From contig NZ_NVQC01000022.1 in the NCBI RefSeq assembly GCF_003044035.1, forward strand, positions 150,001-182,000: a stretch of 32,000 bases of DNA, given 5' to 3'. The position numbers and the translations under genes were made by a program. Within the stretch, counting starts at the first letter, position 1; each line of letters begins with the position of its first letter. The notes beneath the pieces were generated by a model. It saw only the letters and a program-made list of their open reading frames with translations. It ran no database searches and was not told the origin of the DNA. This document shows, piece by piece, positions 1 to 9,887 of this stretch. Origin of the DNA: Candidatus Methylomirabilis limnetica (GTDB lineage Bacteria > Methylomirabilota > Methylomirabilia > Methylomirabilales > Methylomirabilaceae).

Positions 1-187
1 TCAAGTCGTATGGAGACAGCTCCACTATCACCTTATCTCCGGGAAGAATCCGAATGAAATGCATGCGCATCTTTCCGGAGATGTGCGCAAGGACCTTGTG
101 CCCGGTTTCCAGTTCTACACGAAACATAGCATTAGGTAAAGGCTCAACCACCGTCCCCTCAACTTCAACCGCCTCTTCCTTCGGCAT
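1..187 (-). CDS. infA: Translation initiation factor IF-1 (3' end cut off by window edge)
   Basis: Not in the ORF track. Hand translation of the minus strand from ATG 187-185 gives [62 protein letters not shown]..., a canonical IF-1 sequence. The ATG overlaps the map stop (TAATG). It sits in the expected position after map. Confidence 0.85.
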   Translation of the reverse strand, partial: MPKEEAVEVEGTVVEPLPNAMFRVELETGHKVLAHISGKMRMHFIRILPGDKVIVELSPYDL

Positions 188-966
188 TAGCGATCCGCTC
201 CCTGAGGTGCTTCGTCCTCGGTTAGGCTGCTCAGCACCTCTGCCCCATCCTCGGTGAGCGCGACCGTGTGCTCAAAATGAGCGGAAAGGGAACTATCGCA
301 TGTCACCGCTGTCCAGTGATCATCGAGGACCATGACGTCTGGGCCTCCGGCATTGGCCATCGGCTCAATGGCCAGGACTAACCCAGGTTTGAGCATAGGG
401 CCTTGAGCTGGTGGTCCAAAGTTCGGAATCTGCGGTTCCTCATGAAGGGCCCGCCCAATCCCGTGACCAACAAACAGGCGCACAACTGAAAATCCTCTAC
501 CCTCAACGACGGACTGGACAGCATGAGAGATGTCGGAGAGATGATTCCCGGGACGCGCAGCCATGATAGCGCGCGTAAGGGCATCTCGAGTCGCAACAAT
601 CAAGCGCCTGGCACCCTCCGACACCTTCCCCACCGGAACCGTAATCGCAGCATCCCCGTAGTAGCCATCGACAATAACTCCGAGATCCAGACTTACGATG
701 TCACCCTCATCGAGAATCCTCGCCGATGGGAACGCGTGGACTACCTGCTCGTTCACAGAAGCGCAGAGCGTATAAGGATAGCCCCGGTAGCCCTTGAACG
801 CTGGCTTACCCCCTCGTCTTAAGATATAAGCCTCTGCAGCGCGATCCAACTCCAACGTAGTCAGCCCCGGCTCTATAAGTCTCGTCAGCCTATCGAGGGT
901 TTCCGCCACGATTCGGCTGCTCTTTCGCATCAGATCAATCTCCCATGGGGACTTTAAGACCATCAT
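187..966 (-). CDS. map: Methionine aminopeptidase type I
   Basis: 259-aa ORF with MetAP motifs ([34 protein letters not shown]). Follows adk as in spc-operon tails. Confidence 0.95.
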   Translation of the reverse strand: MMVLKSPWEIDLMRKSSRIVAETLDRLTRLIEPGLTTLELDRAAEAYILRRGGKPAFKGYRGYPYTLCASVNEQVVHAFPSARILDEGDIVSLDLGVIVDGYYGDAAITVPVGKVSEGARRLIVATRDALTRAIMAARPGNHLSDISHAVQSVVEGRGFSVVRLFVGHGIGRALHEEPQIPNFGPPAQGPMLKPGLVLAIEPMANAGGPDVMVLDDHWTAVTCDSSLSAHFEHTVALTEDGAEVLSSLTEDEAPQGADR

Positions 967-974
967 AACTATTC

Positions 975-1622
975 CTATCCGTCCCCTAAGGCCTGCTGCA
1001 CCCGTTGAGCAATTTCCTCGATCGTCCCCCGACCGTCGATCCGCCTAAGTAGCCCCATCGTATTGTAATATGCGATCAGAGGCTCTGTTTGCTCCCGGTA
1101 GACCCGAAGGCGATGGCGGCTCGTGTCCTCCTTATCGTCGTCCCTCTGGAAGAGGTGGTCCCCACAGCTATCGCATATCCCAATCTGCAGTGGCGGCTTC
1201 GTGTCAACGTGAAACATAGCCCCACAGGCTCGACAAATCCGTCTACCAGCGAGCCGCCTGACCAGATCGTCCTCAGACACCTCTACGCTGATAACCCAAT
1301 CTAACGGGGCTTGCAAAAGCCTCAGAACTCCCGAGAGTGCCTCTGCCTGGCGAAGCGTCCTTGGAAACCCATCAAGGATGTATCCGCTGGTACAATCAGG
1401 CCTGCGCAACCGCTCTTCGATAATCCCAATGACCACTTCATCCGGAACAAGGGACCCTTGCGCCATAATCGCCTTGGCGGTCTGTCCCATCTCAGAACCA
1501 TCAGCCACCGCTTGTCGCAGCAGATCGCCAGCAGAAACGTGTACAACGTCAGACTTAGCCATCAGTAGCCTGGCCTGCGTCCCCTTGCCAGCGCCAGGCG
1601 GTCCCAGCAAGACAAGCCGCAT
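975..1622 (-). CDS. adk: Adenylate kinase with Cys4 zinc lid
   Basis: 215 aa with P-loop GPPGAGKGTQ. The lid carries CRACG...CDSCG. Lies between secY and map. Confidence 0.96.
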   Translation of the reverse strand: MRLVLLGPPGAGKGTQARLLMAKSDVVHVSAGDLLRQAVADGSEMGQTAKAIMAQGSLVPDEVVIGIIEERLRRPDCTSGYILDGFPRTLRQAEALSGVLRLLQAPLDWVISVEVSEDDLVRRLAGRRICRACGAMFHVDTKPPLQIGICDSCGDHLFQRDDDKEDTSRHRLRVYREQTEPLIAYYNTMGLLRRIDGRGTIEEIAQRVQQALGDG

Positions 1623-1629
1623 TGCCTGA

Positions 1630-2940
1630 CTACCCTAGCCTGCCTTTAACTTGACCCTTCTTTAGGAATCCCTCATAGTTACGCATGAGCAAGTGAGACT
1701 CCACTTGCTGCACGGTATCCAGGGCCACGCCAACCACAATCAAAAGAGATGTTCCCCCAAAAAAGAACGGAACGTTCATTGAGCTGATCAATAATTCCGG
1801 AAGAATTGAGATCAGCGTAAGGTAGATCGCCCCAACAAGTGTAATCCGATCCAACACCTTCTCGATAAATTCCGCCGTCTTCGTTCCCGGTCGAATGCCC
1901 GGGATGAAGCCCCCGTGCTTTCTCATGTTGTCAGCAACGTCAGTCGGGTTGAAGACAATGGCCGTATAAAAGTAAGTAAAGAAAATGATCGCTACCGCAT
2001 ACAGAACCGTATACGTTACAGTACCCGGGGAAAGCGCCCCGGCCACACCCTGCATCCAGGGGTGATTAATAAATTGTGCGATGGTAGCGGGAAACACAAT
2101 GATCGAGGAAGCAAAGATTACCGGAATGACACCGGCCGTGTTGATCCGCAACGGAATATGCGTACTCTGGCCTCCGTACACTCGCCGCCCTACGATTCTT
2201 TTAGCATACTGTACGACTATCGGTCTTTGACCAAGCGTCATGACGATGACCCCGGCTACAACCAACACCATCATAACCAGAACGATCAGCAGCACTAGAA
2301 CCTGCAGTTCTCCCGTGGTCAGAAGCCGCCAAGTATTCACGATTGCCTCGGGCACCCGGACAATGATGCCGGCAAAGATCAGAAGAGAGATCCCGTTCCC
2401 GATTCCTCGCTCCGTAATCTGCTCGCCAAGCCACATGAGAATGATCGAACCTGTCGTAAGCGTAATCGTGGTCATCATGCGAAAGCCCATTCCCGGATCA
2501 ATTACAATCTGCTCACCAGTCGGGCTCCGCATGTTCTCAAGGCCGATGGCAATTCCCATGGCCTGGATGGCCGCTAGCAGGACGGTGCCGTACCGCGTGT
2601 ATTGAGAGATCTTCTTACGCCCGGCCTCCCCCTCTTTACTCAGCTTCTCCAAGGGGGGAAAGACGACAGCAAGGAGCTGAAGGATGATCGACGCGCTAAT
2701 GTACGGCATGATGCCGAGCGCGAGAATACTGAGACGCCGTAGCGCGCCACCGGAAAAGAGATCAAAGAAGCCAAGTAGCGTCCCACCAGCCTGCTGAAAA
2801 AACGATAAAAGAGCATGGGCATCTATGCCGGGTGTCGGGATGTGGGACCCTAGCCGGTAGGCGATCAGCGCAAGAGCGGTAAAGATAATCCGCTTCTTGA
2901 GCTCGGGCACTCTGAAGATGTTACCAGCCCAATCAGTCAT
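1630..2940 (-). CDS. secY: Preprotein translocase subunit SecY
   Basis: 436-aa polytopic membrane protein with typical SecY sequence ([26 protein letters not shown]). Its start overlaps the rplO stop. Confidence 0.97.
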   Translation of the reverse strand: MTDWAGNIFRVPELKKRIIFTALALIAYRLGSHIPTPGIDAHALLSFFQQAGGTLLGFFDLFSGGALRRLSILALGIMPYISASIILQLLAVVFPPLEKLSKEGEAGRKKISQYTRYGTVLLAAIQAMGIAIGLENMRSPTGEQIVIDPGMGFRMMTTITLTTGSIILMWLGEQITERGIGNGISLLIFAGIIVRVPEAIVNTWRLLTTGELQVLVLLIVLVMMVLVVAGVIVMTLGQRPIVVQYAKRIVGRRVYGGQSTHIPLRINTAGVIPVIFASSIIVFPATIAQFINHPWMQGVAGALSPGTVTYTVLYAVAIIFFTYFYTAIVFNPTDVADNMRKHGGFIPGIRPGTKTAEFIEKVLDRITLVGAIYLTLISILPELLISSMNVPFFFGGTSLLIVVGVALDTVQQVESHLLMRNYEGFLKKGQVKGRLG

Positions 2941-3383
2941 ACACTAATAACCTCGATCATCCCACCAGAGGCGAGAATCTTCTCAATCGCCTGCTTGGAG
3001 AACTTATGCGCAGCCACGCTCAGAGGCTTGCTTAGCACCCCTTCAGCAAGTACCTTCAGCCCCGCCTTGAGGTCCTTGACAATCCGCCTCTCCTGAAGCA
3101 GTCCTGGGGTCACTTTGGTGCCTGACTCGAATCGCTCCAGGTCTCTAAGATTCACGGTGGCGTAGACTTTTCTAAATCTGTTGGTAAATCCCCGCTTTGG
3201 CACACGGCGATGTAACGGAAGCTGGCCGCCCTCGAACCAGGGATGGATATGGGCACCAGAACGAGCCTTCTGGCCTTTTTCTCCTCTACCGGATGTCTTT
3301 CCGTGCCCCGATCCGGTACCACGTCCAACGCGTTTTCTGCGTTGAGTGGCGCCAACTGGAGGCTTTAGCTCGTGCAGTTTCAT
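2937..3383 (-). CDS. rplO: 50S ribosomal protein L15
   Basis: 148 aa with the [15 protein letters not shown] motif. Synteny rpmD-rplO-secY. Confidence 0.96.
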   Translation of the reverse strand: MKLHELKPPVGATQRRKRVGRGTGSGHGKTSGRGEKGQKARSGAHIHPWFEGGQLPLHRRVPKRGFTNRFRKVYATVNLRDLERFESGTKVTPGLLQERRIVKDLKAGLKVLAEGVLSKPLSVAAHKFSKQAIEKILASGGMIEVISV

Positions 3384-3580
3384 CCCTTCTCCTCGCTGTC
3401 AACTTGCTGCACATCGACCAAGTGGACCACCTTCCTGATCATCCCTCTAATTGTCGGGGTGTCGGCGCGAACCACAAAGCTATTGATCCTGCGCAACCCT
3501 AGCCCAGCGAGGACTCTAGTCTGATGCGCCGGGTGCCCGATCTTACTCTTTCGGAGAATGATACGTAGACTTTTGTCCAT
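3380..3580 (-). CDS. rpmD: 50S ribosomal protein L30
   Basis: 66 aa, L30-like ([25 protein letters not shown]). 4-nt overlap with rplO. Confidence 0.93.
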   Translation of the reverse strand: MDKSLRIILRKSKIGHPAHQTRVLAGLGLRRINSFVVRADTPTIRGMIRKVVHLVDVQQVDSEEKG

Positions 3581-3581
3581 C

Positions 3582-4091
3582 TTATGCCCCTTGCGCGACC
3601 AGTCCTTCCTGACGCACCCCCCTGGAGCGTGCGACTTCCTCAGGCGACCGAAGCAACTGTAAACCCTTCAATGTTGCTTTCACGACATTGTGAGGATTGT
3701 CTGATCCCAGCGATTTAGACAGCACATCCCGAACACCAGCCGCCTCTAGCACAGCGCGGGCCGCCTTTCCCGCCACGACTCCAGTTCCCTGTGAGGCCGG
3801 CCTCAGGATCACCTTGGCTGCGCCATACCTTCCGACAACCTCATGAGGAATACTCGTCCGCAGCAGCGTTATGCCAATCAATTCCTTCTTGGCAGCCTCG
3901 ATACCTTTGCGAATCGCCTCCGGCACCTCGTGTGCTTTGCCCAATCCTATTCCGACGTGTCCGTTTTGATCGCCTACCACGACAAGGGCACTGAAGTGAA
4001 ATCGCCGCCCACCCTTAACCACCTTGGCGACCCGGTTGATATGGACGATACGCTCGGCCAGGTTAAGAGCGTCAGCTTTGATCTGCTTCAA
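3582..4091 (-). CDS. rpsE: 30S ribosomal protein S5
   Basis: 169 aa with [27 protein letters not shown] start at 4091 preceded by GAAGGAG 5 nt upstream. Confidence 0.95.
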   Translation of the reverse strand: MKQIKADALNLAERIVHINRVAKVVKGGRRFHFSALVVVGDQNGHVGIGLGKAHEVPEAIRKGIEAAKKELIGITLLRTSIPHEVVGRYGAAKVILRPASQGTGVVAGKAARAVLEAAGVRDVLSKSLGSDNPHNVVKATLKGLQLLRSPEEVARSRGVRQEGLVAQGA

Positions 4092-4209
4092 ATCTTCTCC
4101 TTCTCTTCCACTATACCGGCAACTCGTCGAGAGGAATAACTGATAACATTATCGCGGTGACTAAGTAGCGTGCGATAGAACTATACGGTCAGGCATGCGC
4201 TCCGACGAA

Positions 4210-4578
4210 CTAGATCCTCACTCCTTTTTCCCCAAGGCCAGCGGCCAATGCCTTGACGCGTCCGTGGAATTTGAAGCCACCCCGGTCAAAGACCACTCGA
4301 GAAATATGCGCTGCCAAGGCCTTGCTCGCCAATAACTCACCGACTAACCGAGCGGCAGCAGTCTTGTTCCCAGTCTGCCCTTTTTCCCTAATCTCTATCG
4401 AAAGGGTAGAAGCGGCAGCGAGCGTCTTTCCCTGCTCATCGTCAATAATTTGAGCGTAAATATGGCGGGCGCTCCTAAATACGCACAGCCGCGGGCAAAC
4501 TGCACTGCCGACAATGCGCTTTCTGATCCGGCGATGGCGTCGAATTCGACGCTCCTGTTTTCCTCCGTAGCCAGTCAA
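4210..4578 (-). CDS. rplR: 50S ribosomal protein L18
   Basis: 122 aa with [17 protein letters not shown] and [13 protein letters not shown]. Apparent TTG start. The start codon is slightly uncertain. Confidence 0.93.
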   Translation of the reverse strand: MTGYGGKQERRIRRHRRIRKRIVGSAVCPRLCVFRSARHIYAQIIDDEQGKTLAAASTLSIEIREKGQTGNKTAAARLVGELLASKALAAHISRVVFDRGGFKFHGRVKALAAGLGEKGVRI

Positions 4579-4610
4579 CTCACATCCCCCCCGGAGACAC
4601 GCAATCCGCT

Positions 4611-5147
4611 CTACGCCCCAGTCTTCCCGGCCTTACGGCGAATACGCTCACCCGTGTACTTGACTCCCTTGCCCTTATATGGCTCAGGCGGTCTGAGACT
4701 CCTGATCTTGGCGGCCACCTCTCCGACCTGCTGTTTATCTGCCCCGGAGATCGTCACAAGATTCTGACTCTCCACTATAACATTAATCCCGTCAGGCAGC
4801 GGAAGAACGAGAGGATGCGAATAGCCTAACATCAGTACAAGATTTCTCCCTTGCACCGAGCCACGATAGCCGACCCCAATCATCTCTAGCTTCTTCTCAA
4901 ATCCTTTAGTAACCCCCTCGACCATATTAGCAATCAGCGTACGGGTGAGCCCGTGAAGCGAACGATGGAGTTTATTGTCAGAGGGCCGCACACAATGGAG
5001 CTCGCGATCCTCTAGCTTCACCGCCATCGAGGGATGGAGGCGAAGCGATAGCTTGCCCTTTGGCCCCTCGACAAAGATACTGCCCCGAGAAATCTCTACT
5101 GTCACCTGGTCTGAGAGAGGGATTAACTTTCTTCCGATTCGCGACAT
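4611..5147 (-). CDS. rplF: 50S ribosomal protein L6
   Basis: 178 aa with [11 protein letters not shown] and GVGYRG...GYSHP. Confidence 0.96.
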   Translation of the reverse strand: MSRIGRKLIPLSDQVTVEISRGSIFVEGPKGKLSLRLHPSMAVKLEDRELHCVRPSDNKLHRSLHGLTRTLIANMVEGVTKGFEKKLEMIGVGYRGSVQGRNLVLMLGYSHPLVLPLPDGINVIVESQNLVTISGADKQQVGEVAAKIRSLRPPEPYKGKGVKYTGERIRRKAGKTGA

Positions 5148-5163
5148 ACCCTACCTCTTTCAT

Positions 5164-5220
5164 GCGTCATTAGCGTTCATAGCGTCATCGCGTCTAGGGC
5201 GTCTGTTGCGTCATCGCGAT
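5164..5220. repeat. Direct array of about seven GCGTC(A/T)-type units at 8-9 nt spacing (rpsH-rplF spacer)
   Basis: GCGTC-like cores start at 5164, 5173, 5182, 5190, 5199 and 5208, with a degenerate unit at 5216. Confidence 0.7.
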
Positions 5221-5256
5221 TAACGCAATAGACTCAATATATGCTTCGCCCTGCCT

Positions 5257-5652
5257 TTACCAAACGTAGCACAGCACCTCACCACCTGCGCCGCGGTCTC
5301 TGGCCGAACGCTCTGCCATGATCCCATGCGATGTCGAAAGAATCGCGATGCCAAGACCGTTCATGACCCGAGGGAGCCGTCGTGACGTTGAATACACCCG
5401 AAGCCCTGGCCTGCTTACCCGGCGAAGGCCGGTAATAATCCGCTGGTCTCCAGGACCGTATTTCAGGTAGATTCGTAGCACCCGTCTGTTGTCGACGTCA
5501 AGAAGTTTGAAGTTCCTGATATAGCCCTCCTCCCGCAGGACCTTAGCGATCTCAACCTTCATCTTGGAGGCGGGGATATGGACTTTGTCGTGAACAACCA
5601 GGTTCGCGTTCCTGATCCTGGTCAGCATGTCCGCTATGGGATCGGTCATCAT
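5257..5652 (-). CDS. rpsH: 30S ribosomal protein S8
   Basis: 131 aa with MTDPIADMLTRIRNA. Confidence 0.96.
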   Translation of the reverse strand: MMTDPIADMLTRIRNANLVVHDKVHIPASKMKVEIAKVLREEGYIRNFKLLDVDNRRVLRIYLKYGPGDQRIITGLRRVSRPGLRVYSTSRRLPRVMNGLGIAILSTSHGIMAERSARDRGAGGEVLCYVW

Positions 5653-5668
5653 GGTCGGATCACTCCAA

Positions 5669-5727
5669 GTTCTACGTTTAGTGTTCGAGGTTCAGCGCCA
5701 AGAGAGCTCAAGGCTTCGAGCCTGAGG
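5669..5727. repeat. Weak period-7 array (rpsN-rpsH spacer)
   Basis: gttctac gtttagt gttcgag gttcagc at 5669-5696, then ctcaagg cttcgag cctgagg at 5707-5727. Confidence 0.5.
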
Positions 5728-5738
5728 GTCATAATATC

Positions 5739-5924
5739 CTACCAACTCGCCTTGATGACGCCTGGGATCTCGCCACGAAGAGCCAGATCCCGAAAGCAGA
5801 TCCGACACATCTCGAACTTCCTGATGTAGCCCCGCGGTCGCCCACAGGCGCGACAGCGGTGATAGCCGCGTACCTGAAACTTCGGCTGCCGTTGGCTCTT
5901 AAGAATTAACGAAAGCTTTGCCAT
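5739..5924 (-). CDS. rpsN: 30S ribosomal protein S14, short zinc-binding type Z
   Basis: 61 aa with [22 protein letters not shown] (CxxC...CxxC). Confidence 0.95.
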   Translation of the reverse strand: MAKLSLILKSQRQPKFQVRGYHRCRACGRPRGYIRKFEMCRICFRDLALRGEIPGVIKASW

Positions 5925-5941
5925 ACATTACTCCCCGGCTT

Positions 5942-6012
5942 TCAGTGATCAGCGGTCAGCTTTCAATAAAACGAACGCGCGTCACCTCTTTGCTGATAAC
6001 TGACCGCTCTTT
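5942..6012. repeat. Period-7 TCAGNNN array with inverted GCTGA-type partner (rpsN-rplE spacer)
   Basis: tcagtga tcagcgg tcagctt tcaataa at 5942-5969, facing gctgata actgacc gctcttt at 5992-6012. There is a perfect 9-bp pairing between 5951-5959 and 6000-6008. Confidence 0.75.
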
Positions 6013-6018
6013 GTGCCG

Positions 6019-6633
6019 CTAGCTCTTCTGAAAGGGGAAACCGAAATGCTCAAGGAGCGCACGCGCCTCCTCATCCGTTTTAGCTGAAGTCGCAATAGCG
6101 ATATCCATACCCCGAACCGCTTCCACCTTATCGTATTTGATCTCCGGGAAGATAAGTTGTTCCTTCACACCCAGATTGTAATTACCACGGCCATCGAACG
6201 ACTTCGCCGGCACGCCTCTGAAGTCCCGAATTCGTGGTAGCGCAACACTCACGAATCGATCGAGGAACTCATACATCCGATCCCCACGCAGGGTGACCTT
6301 GCAACCGATGGGTATCCCCTCCCTAAGCTTGAATCCTGCTTCAGACTTCCTGGCGCGCGTTACGATCGGCTTCTGTCCCGTTACGACCGTCAGCTCCTCG
6401 ACCGCAGCGTCGATCACCTTCACATTCGCTACAGCCTCCCCCAGTCCCATATTGATGACGACCTTAGAGGGGCGTGGGACCTGCCAGACATTCTTATACC
6501 TGAACTGCTTCATAAGGGCAGGAGCGATCACATCACGAAAGCGCTCGCGAAGTCGTGGCAGCGTGCGAGACTCCACACGCGACTCTTTCGCGGCTGACTT
6601 CTCTTTCTTTTTGGTTTTGGTCTCGTCTGCCAT
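6019..6633 (-). CDS. rplE: 50S ribosomal protein L5 (possible Lys/Glu-rich N-terminal extension)
   Basis: ORF 6019-6651 trimmed to ATG 6633, which lies 10 nt after the rplX stop and has AGGGGA upstream. The core [12 protein letters not shown] aligns to L5. An alternative GTG start at 6576 would remove the extension. Confidence 0.9.
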   Translation of the reverse strand: MADETKTKKKEKSAAKESRVESRTLPRLRERFRDVIAPALMKQFRYKNVWQVPRPSKVVINMGLGEAVANVKVIDAAVEELTVVTGQKPIVTRARKSEAGFKLREGIPIGCKVTLRGDRMYEFLDRFVSVALPRIRDFRGVPAKSFDGRGNYNLGVKEQLIFPEIKYDKVEAVRGMDIAIATSAKTDEEARALLEHFGFPFQKS

Positions 6634-6643
6634 CAATATTCCC

Positions 6644-6976
6644 CTAACCAACTATCTCGCCACACTTTTTGCACACCCGCACCTTTTTTCCGTCAGCGAG
6701 GCGACTAACGCCGACACGGACAGGGCGGTCACATTTATTGCATACCAACATCAGATTCGACGCGTGCATAGGGTTCTCACGTTCAAGGATCCCCCCCTGC
6801 TTTGAAGCCCCCCCAGGCTTCGTATGCCTCTTGATGAGGTTGACCTTTTCCACCACTGCTCGCTGGGTCTTAGGGATCACCTTCAGAACCTTACCACGCT
6901 TCCCCTTATCCTTCCCAGCGATAACGGCAACCAGATCATTCTTCCTGACATGAAGCCCCTGTCCCACCGCCATCAT
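6644..6976 (-). CDS. rplX: 50S ribosomal protein L24 (with CxxC...CxxC)
   Basis: 110 aa with [19 protein letters not shown] (KOW), CNKC and CKKC. Confidence 0.94.
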   Translation of the reverse strand: MMAVGQGLHVRKNDLVAVIAGKDKGKRGKVLKVIPKTQRAVVEKVNLIKRHTKPGGASKQGGILERENPMHASNLMLVCNKCDRPVRVGVSRLADGKKVRVCKKCGEIVG

Positions 6977-7003
6977 GCCCTCACAGATTCAGCCAACGCC
7001 ATC

Positions 7004-7372
7004 TTACACAACCTCTGGCGCCAGGGAGATAATTTTCATAAACCGAGCTTCACGCAGCTCTCGGGCCACCGGACCAAAGATTCTGGTGCCGATCGGGTTA
7101 TTCTGCTCGTTCAAGAGTACGGCGGCGTTTCGATCGAACTTGATGTAAGAGCCATCCTTACGCCGCATCTCCTTCGCCGTCCTGACCACCACTGCTTTTA
7201 CCACCTCGCCCTTCTTCACCGAACCCTCCGGGACCGCCTCTTTGACGTTCGCGACGATGACGTCGCCCAAGCGGGCATACCGCTTCCCCGATCCTCCCAG
7301 AACCTTGATCAGGGAGATTCGCTTGGCGCCGGAATTGTCGGCCACTTCCATGATTGTTCGTAAGCCGATCAT
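7004..7372 (-). CDS. rplN: 50S ribosomal protein L14
   Basis: 122 aa with ADNSGAK and IRFDRNA-like motifs. Highly conserved. Confidence 0.97.
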   Translation of the reverse strand: MIGLRTIMEVADNSGAKRISLIKVLGGSGKRYARLGDVIVANVKEAVPEGSVKKGEVVKAVVVRTAKEMRRKDGSYIKFDRNAAVLLNEQNNPIGTRIFGPVARELREARFMKIISLAPEVV

Positions 7373-7441
7373 GATCGTCTACCTTCCTCGTGTCCATCCA
7401 GGCAATGATTGAGGCGAGGGCTAACGGTGAGGCGCCTACCC

Positions 7442-7711
7442 CTACACAACCGCCTTCTCCAGGATTTCTGTCACCCGCCAATGCTTCTCTTTGCTCAGGG
7501 GGCGAGCCTCTTCAATGGCCACCTTGTCCCCCATGCCGCAACGACCCTCTTCGTCGTGGGCCTTCACCTTTGTCCGGCGGCGGACCATTTTACTATAGGC
7601 GTCGTGCCGAACAAGCCGCTCAACCATCACAACGACAGTCTTTTGCATCTTGTCGCTCACCACGACCCCCACCAAAATCTTCCGACGACTTCTCTTTACC
7701 TGCTCGGTCAT
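7442..7711 (-). CDS. rpsQ: 30S ribosomal protein S17
   Basis: 89 aa with [22 protein letters not shown] overlap with the rpmC stop. Confidence 0.95.
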   Translation of the reverse strand: MTEQVKRSRRKILVGVVVSDKMQKTVVVMVERLVRHDAYSKMVRRRTKVKAHDEEGRCGMGDKVAIEEARPLSKEKHWRVTEILEKAVV

Positions 7712-7938
7712 GGCGTCCGCTCCACCCCTGATGATGCCTGTTTACGCAAGAACTCTGTCCGCACCGTCTCTCCGATGGCGACCTCCCGGCGAAGTCGCCG
7801 GATACGCGCAGGGTTCTCAAGTGGCGACGATGACGCCCTCAACTTCAACTTGAAGAGTTCATCTCTTACATCGCGGAGCTTCTGTTTTAGCTCTGCCGCG
7901 CTCAATTCACGAAACTCCTTCGCATCCATGACACTCAT
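7708..7938 (-). CDS. rpmC: 50S ribosomal protein L29
   Basis: ORF 7708-7944 begins at a GTG. I prefer ATG 7938, which has GAGG 6 nt upstream (ATG 7929 is also possible). Contains [18 protein letters not shown]. Confidence 0.9.
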   Translation of the reverse strand: MSVMDAKEFRELSAAELKQKLRDVRDELFKLKLRASSSPLENPARIRRLRREVAIGETVRTEFLRKQASSGVERTP

Positions 7939-7946
7939 CGTCACCC

Positions 7947-8366
7947 TCAGCTCGCCAGCATCGTAAGAGACACAAACCGTGTGGCTATGGGGAGCTTATG
8001 CGCAGCAAGCCGCATTGCCTCTTTAGCCGTTGCCTCAGTCACCCCTTCCATCTCACACAGGATACGGCCAGGCTTGACGACCGCCACCCATCCTTCCGGC
8101 GCACCCTTTCCCTTACCCATCCGGGTCTCCGCCGGCTTTTTCGTAATGGGTTTATCCGGGAAGATTCGGATCCACACCTTGCCTCCCCGCTTGACATGAT
8201 GGGTGATCGCTCGCCGGGCGGCCTCGATCTGGCGGTTGGTAATCCAGGCAGCTTCCAGAGCCTTCAGACCAAACGCGCCAAACGCTAACGTCGATCCCCG
8301 GATGGCGAGTCCGGATCGCCGACCACGGTGTTGTTTCCTGAATTTAACTCGCTTAGGTATCAGCAT
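7947..8366 (-). CDS. rplP: 50S ribosomal protein L16
   Basis: 139 aa with [16 protein letters not shown]. Confidence 0.97.
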   Translation of the reverse strand: MLIPKRVKFRKQHRGRRSGLAIRGSTLAFGAFGLKALEAAWITNRQIEAARRAITHHVKRGGKVWIRIFPDKPITKKPAETRMGKGKGAPEGWVAVVKPGRILCEMEGVTEATAKEAMRLAAHKLPIATRFVSLTMLAS

Positions 8367-8372
8367 CGCGTT

Positions 8373-9080
8373 CTAGCTCTGCACCGGGGTAAGCCCCTTC
8401 GGCCGCCGCTGGCGGTCTTGAGGTGCCTCGCGTTCCGGTTGGGCCGCCACAGTCTCAGGAGTTGCTTCCCCATGATACACCCAACACTTGACCCCGATCA
8501 GCCCATACGTAGTCTTAGCCTGAGTGAACCCGAAGTCGATGTCGGCTCGCATGGTACTCAATGGCATCCGACCCTCGCGATATCGCTCTTTGCGGGCAAT
8601 CTCTGCTCCAGCCAACCGCCCGGCGCATACAATCTGCACCCCCTGAGCGCCTAGCCGCATTGAGGATTGCACCGTCTTTTTCATGGCTCGCCTGTAGGCT
8701 ACCCGGCGCAACAATTGAGAAGCGACCTGCTCGGCGATCAGCTGGGCGTCCAACTCCGCCCTTCGAACTTCGACGATATCCAACTGAATCGGCTTTTTAG
8801 ACATACCGGAGAGGGCCACTTTCAGCTTGTCGACCTCAGAACCCTTCTTGCCGATAATAATACCGGGCCTCGCGGTATGTATTATAATGCGAATCTGATC
8901 AGCCTTCCGCTCGATATCGATCCCGGACACGCCAGCGTGATAGACGCGCTCCTTGATGAAGCTCCGGAATTTGAGGTCTTCATGCAAAGCATCTGCATAC
9001 CCCTTCGTGGCAAACCACCTGGACCGCCATGGCTTGATGAAGCCCAGCCGAAATCCTATAGGGTGTACCTTCTGTCCCAT
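8373..9080 (-). CDS. rpsC: 30S ribosomal protein S3
   Basis: 235 aa with [18 protein letters not shown] lies upstream. Confidence 0.97.
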   Translation of the reverse strand: MGQKVHPIGFRLGFIKPWRSRWFATKGYADALHEDLKFRSFIKERVYHAGVSGIDIERKADQIRIIIHTARPGIIIGKKGSEVDKLKVALSGMSKKPIQLDIVEVRRAELDAQLIAEQVASQLLRRVAYRRAMKKTVQSSMRLGAQGVQIVCAGRLAGAEIARKERYREGRMPLSTMRADIDFGFTQAKTTYGLIGVKCWVYHGEATPETVAAQPEREAPQDRQRRPKGLTPVQS

Positions 9081-9153
9081 TACGCCTCCGCCATCCTGCT
9101 CAAACTAAGCCTCACTGGAGTATGGTAGATCCTATCCTTTCGTAAGGATGGAG

Positions 9154-9501
9154 TCATCGGGCAGATTCCTTCTCCGTGAGGACGATAGTGATGTGGCTAC
9201 TTCGCTTCCTTATGGTATTTGCCCGTCCCATGGCGCGAGGCCGCATCCGCTTCGTGGTCGGACCCTGATTCACAAAGGCCTCCTTCACAAACAATCGATC
9301 AACGTTCTTCGCTCCATGGTTATGCTGCGCATTCGCCAGCGCCGACTTGAGAATCTTCTCCACAACCTTGGCGGCATACTTTTTCGTAAACTTCATGGTG
9401 TTGAGGGCCTGATTAATGCCGCACCCGCGAACTAGGTCAACGACCAGCCTCGCCTTACGTGCCGGGATCCCGATGAATCGGCCAACTGCGCGACATTCCA
9501 T
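9154..9501 (-). CDS. rplV: 50S ribosomal protein L22
   Basis: 115 aa, L22-like (ARKARLVVDLVRG, RMRPRAMGRA). Confidence 0.95.
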   Translation of the reverse strand: MECRAVGRFIGIPARKARLVVDLVRGCGINQALNTMKFTKKYAAKVVEKILKSALANAQHNHGAKNVDRLFVKEAFVNQGPTTKRMRPRAMGRANTIRKRSSHITIVLTEKESAR

Positions 9502-9517
9502 GATCGATACTACCCCC

Positions 9518-9802
9518 TTATTTTAGCGCAGAAGAACGCGCCGTATGCGACCCGTGCCCACGGAAGGTTCTAGTTGGAGAAAACTCCCCAAGCTTGTGCC
9601 CAACCATGTTCTCGCTAATGTAGATCGGGATAAATTTCTTGCCGTTATGAATCGCCAGCGTGTGGCCAACGAACTCAGGAAGGATGACAGACCGCCTCGA
9701 CCAGGACTTGACGATCTTCTTCTCCCTACCGTCGTTCATCGCCTCGATCTTTTTAAGTAGCTTAGGATCCACGTACGGACCCTTTTTTAGTGACCGTGCC
9801 AC
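9518..9802 (-). CDS. rpsS: 30S ribosomal protein S19
   Basis: 94 aa with [12 protein letters not shown] and GHKLGEF. Confidence 0.97.
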   Translation of the reverse strand: MARSLKKGPYVDPKLLKKIEAMNDGREKKIVKSWSRRSVILPEFVGHTLAIHNGKKFIPIYISENMVGHKLGEFSPTRTFRGHGSHTARSSALK

Positions 9803-9819
9803 GCTAACCTCCGTGAATA

Positions 9820-9879
9820 GTTTCGAACTTCAGGTTTCTAGATCGAGCAGCCTTGCACGCCTAACTAGGAGCTCGAAAC
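9820..9879. repeat. Weak TTTCGAA/CTCGAAA-type inverted element (rplB-rpsS spacer)
   Basis: tttcgaa cttcagg tttctag atcgagc at 9821-9848. gtttcgaac (9820-9828) pairs with gctcgaaac (9871-9879) at 8 of 9 positions. Confidence 0.5.
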
Positions 9880-9887
9880 GTGCAATG

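Noticed and set aside
4109-4190. Two CCG(G)TATAGT direct repeats in the 118-nt rplR-rpsE spacer, considered as -10 boxes of an internal promoter.
   Set aside because: No acceptable -35 hexamer lies at 16-18 nt from either box (best match 2 of 6). The spacer has only a modest 6-7 bp hairpin (tatcgcg.. with ..cgtgcgata) and two ATAAC units, which is not enough to call a feature.
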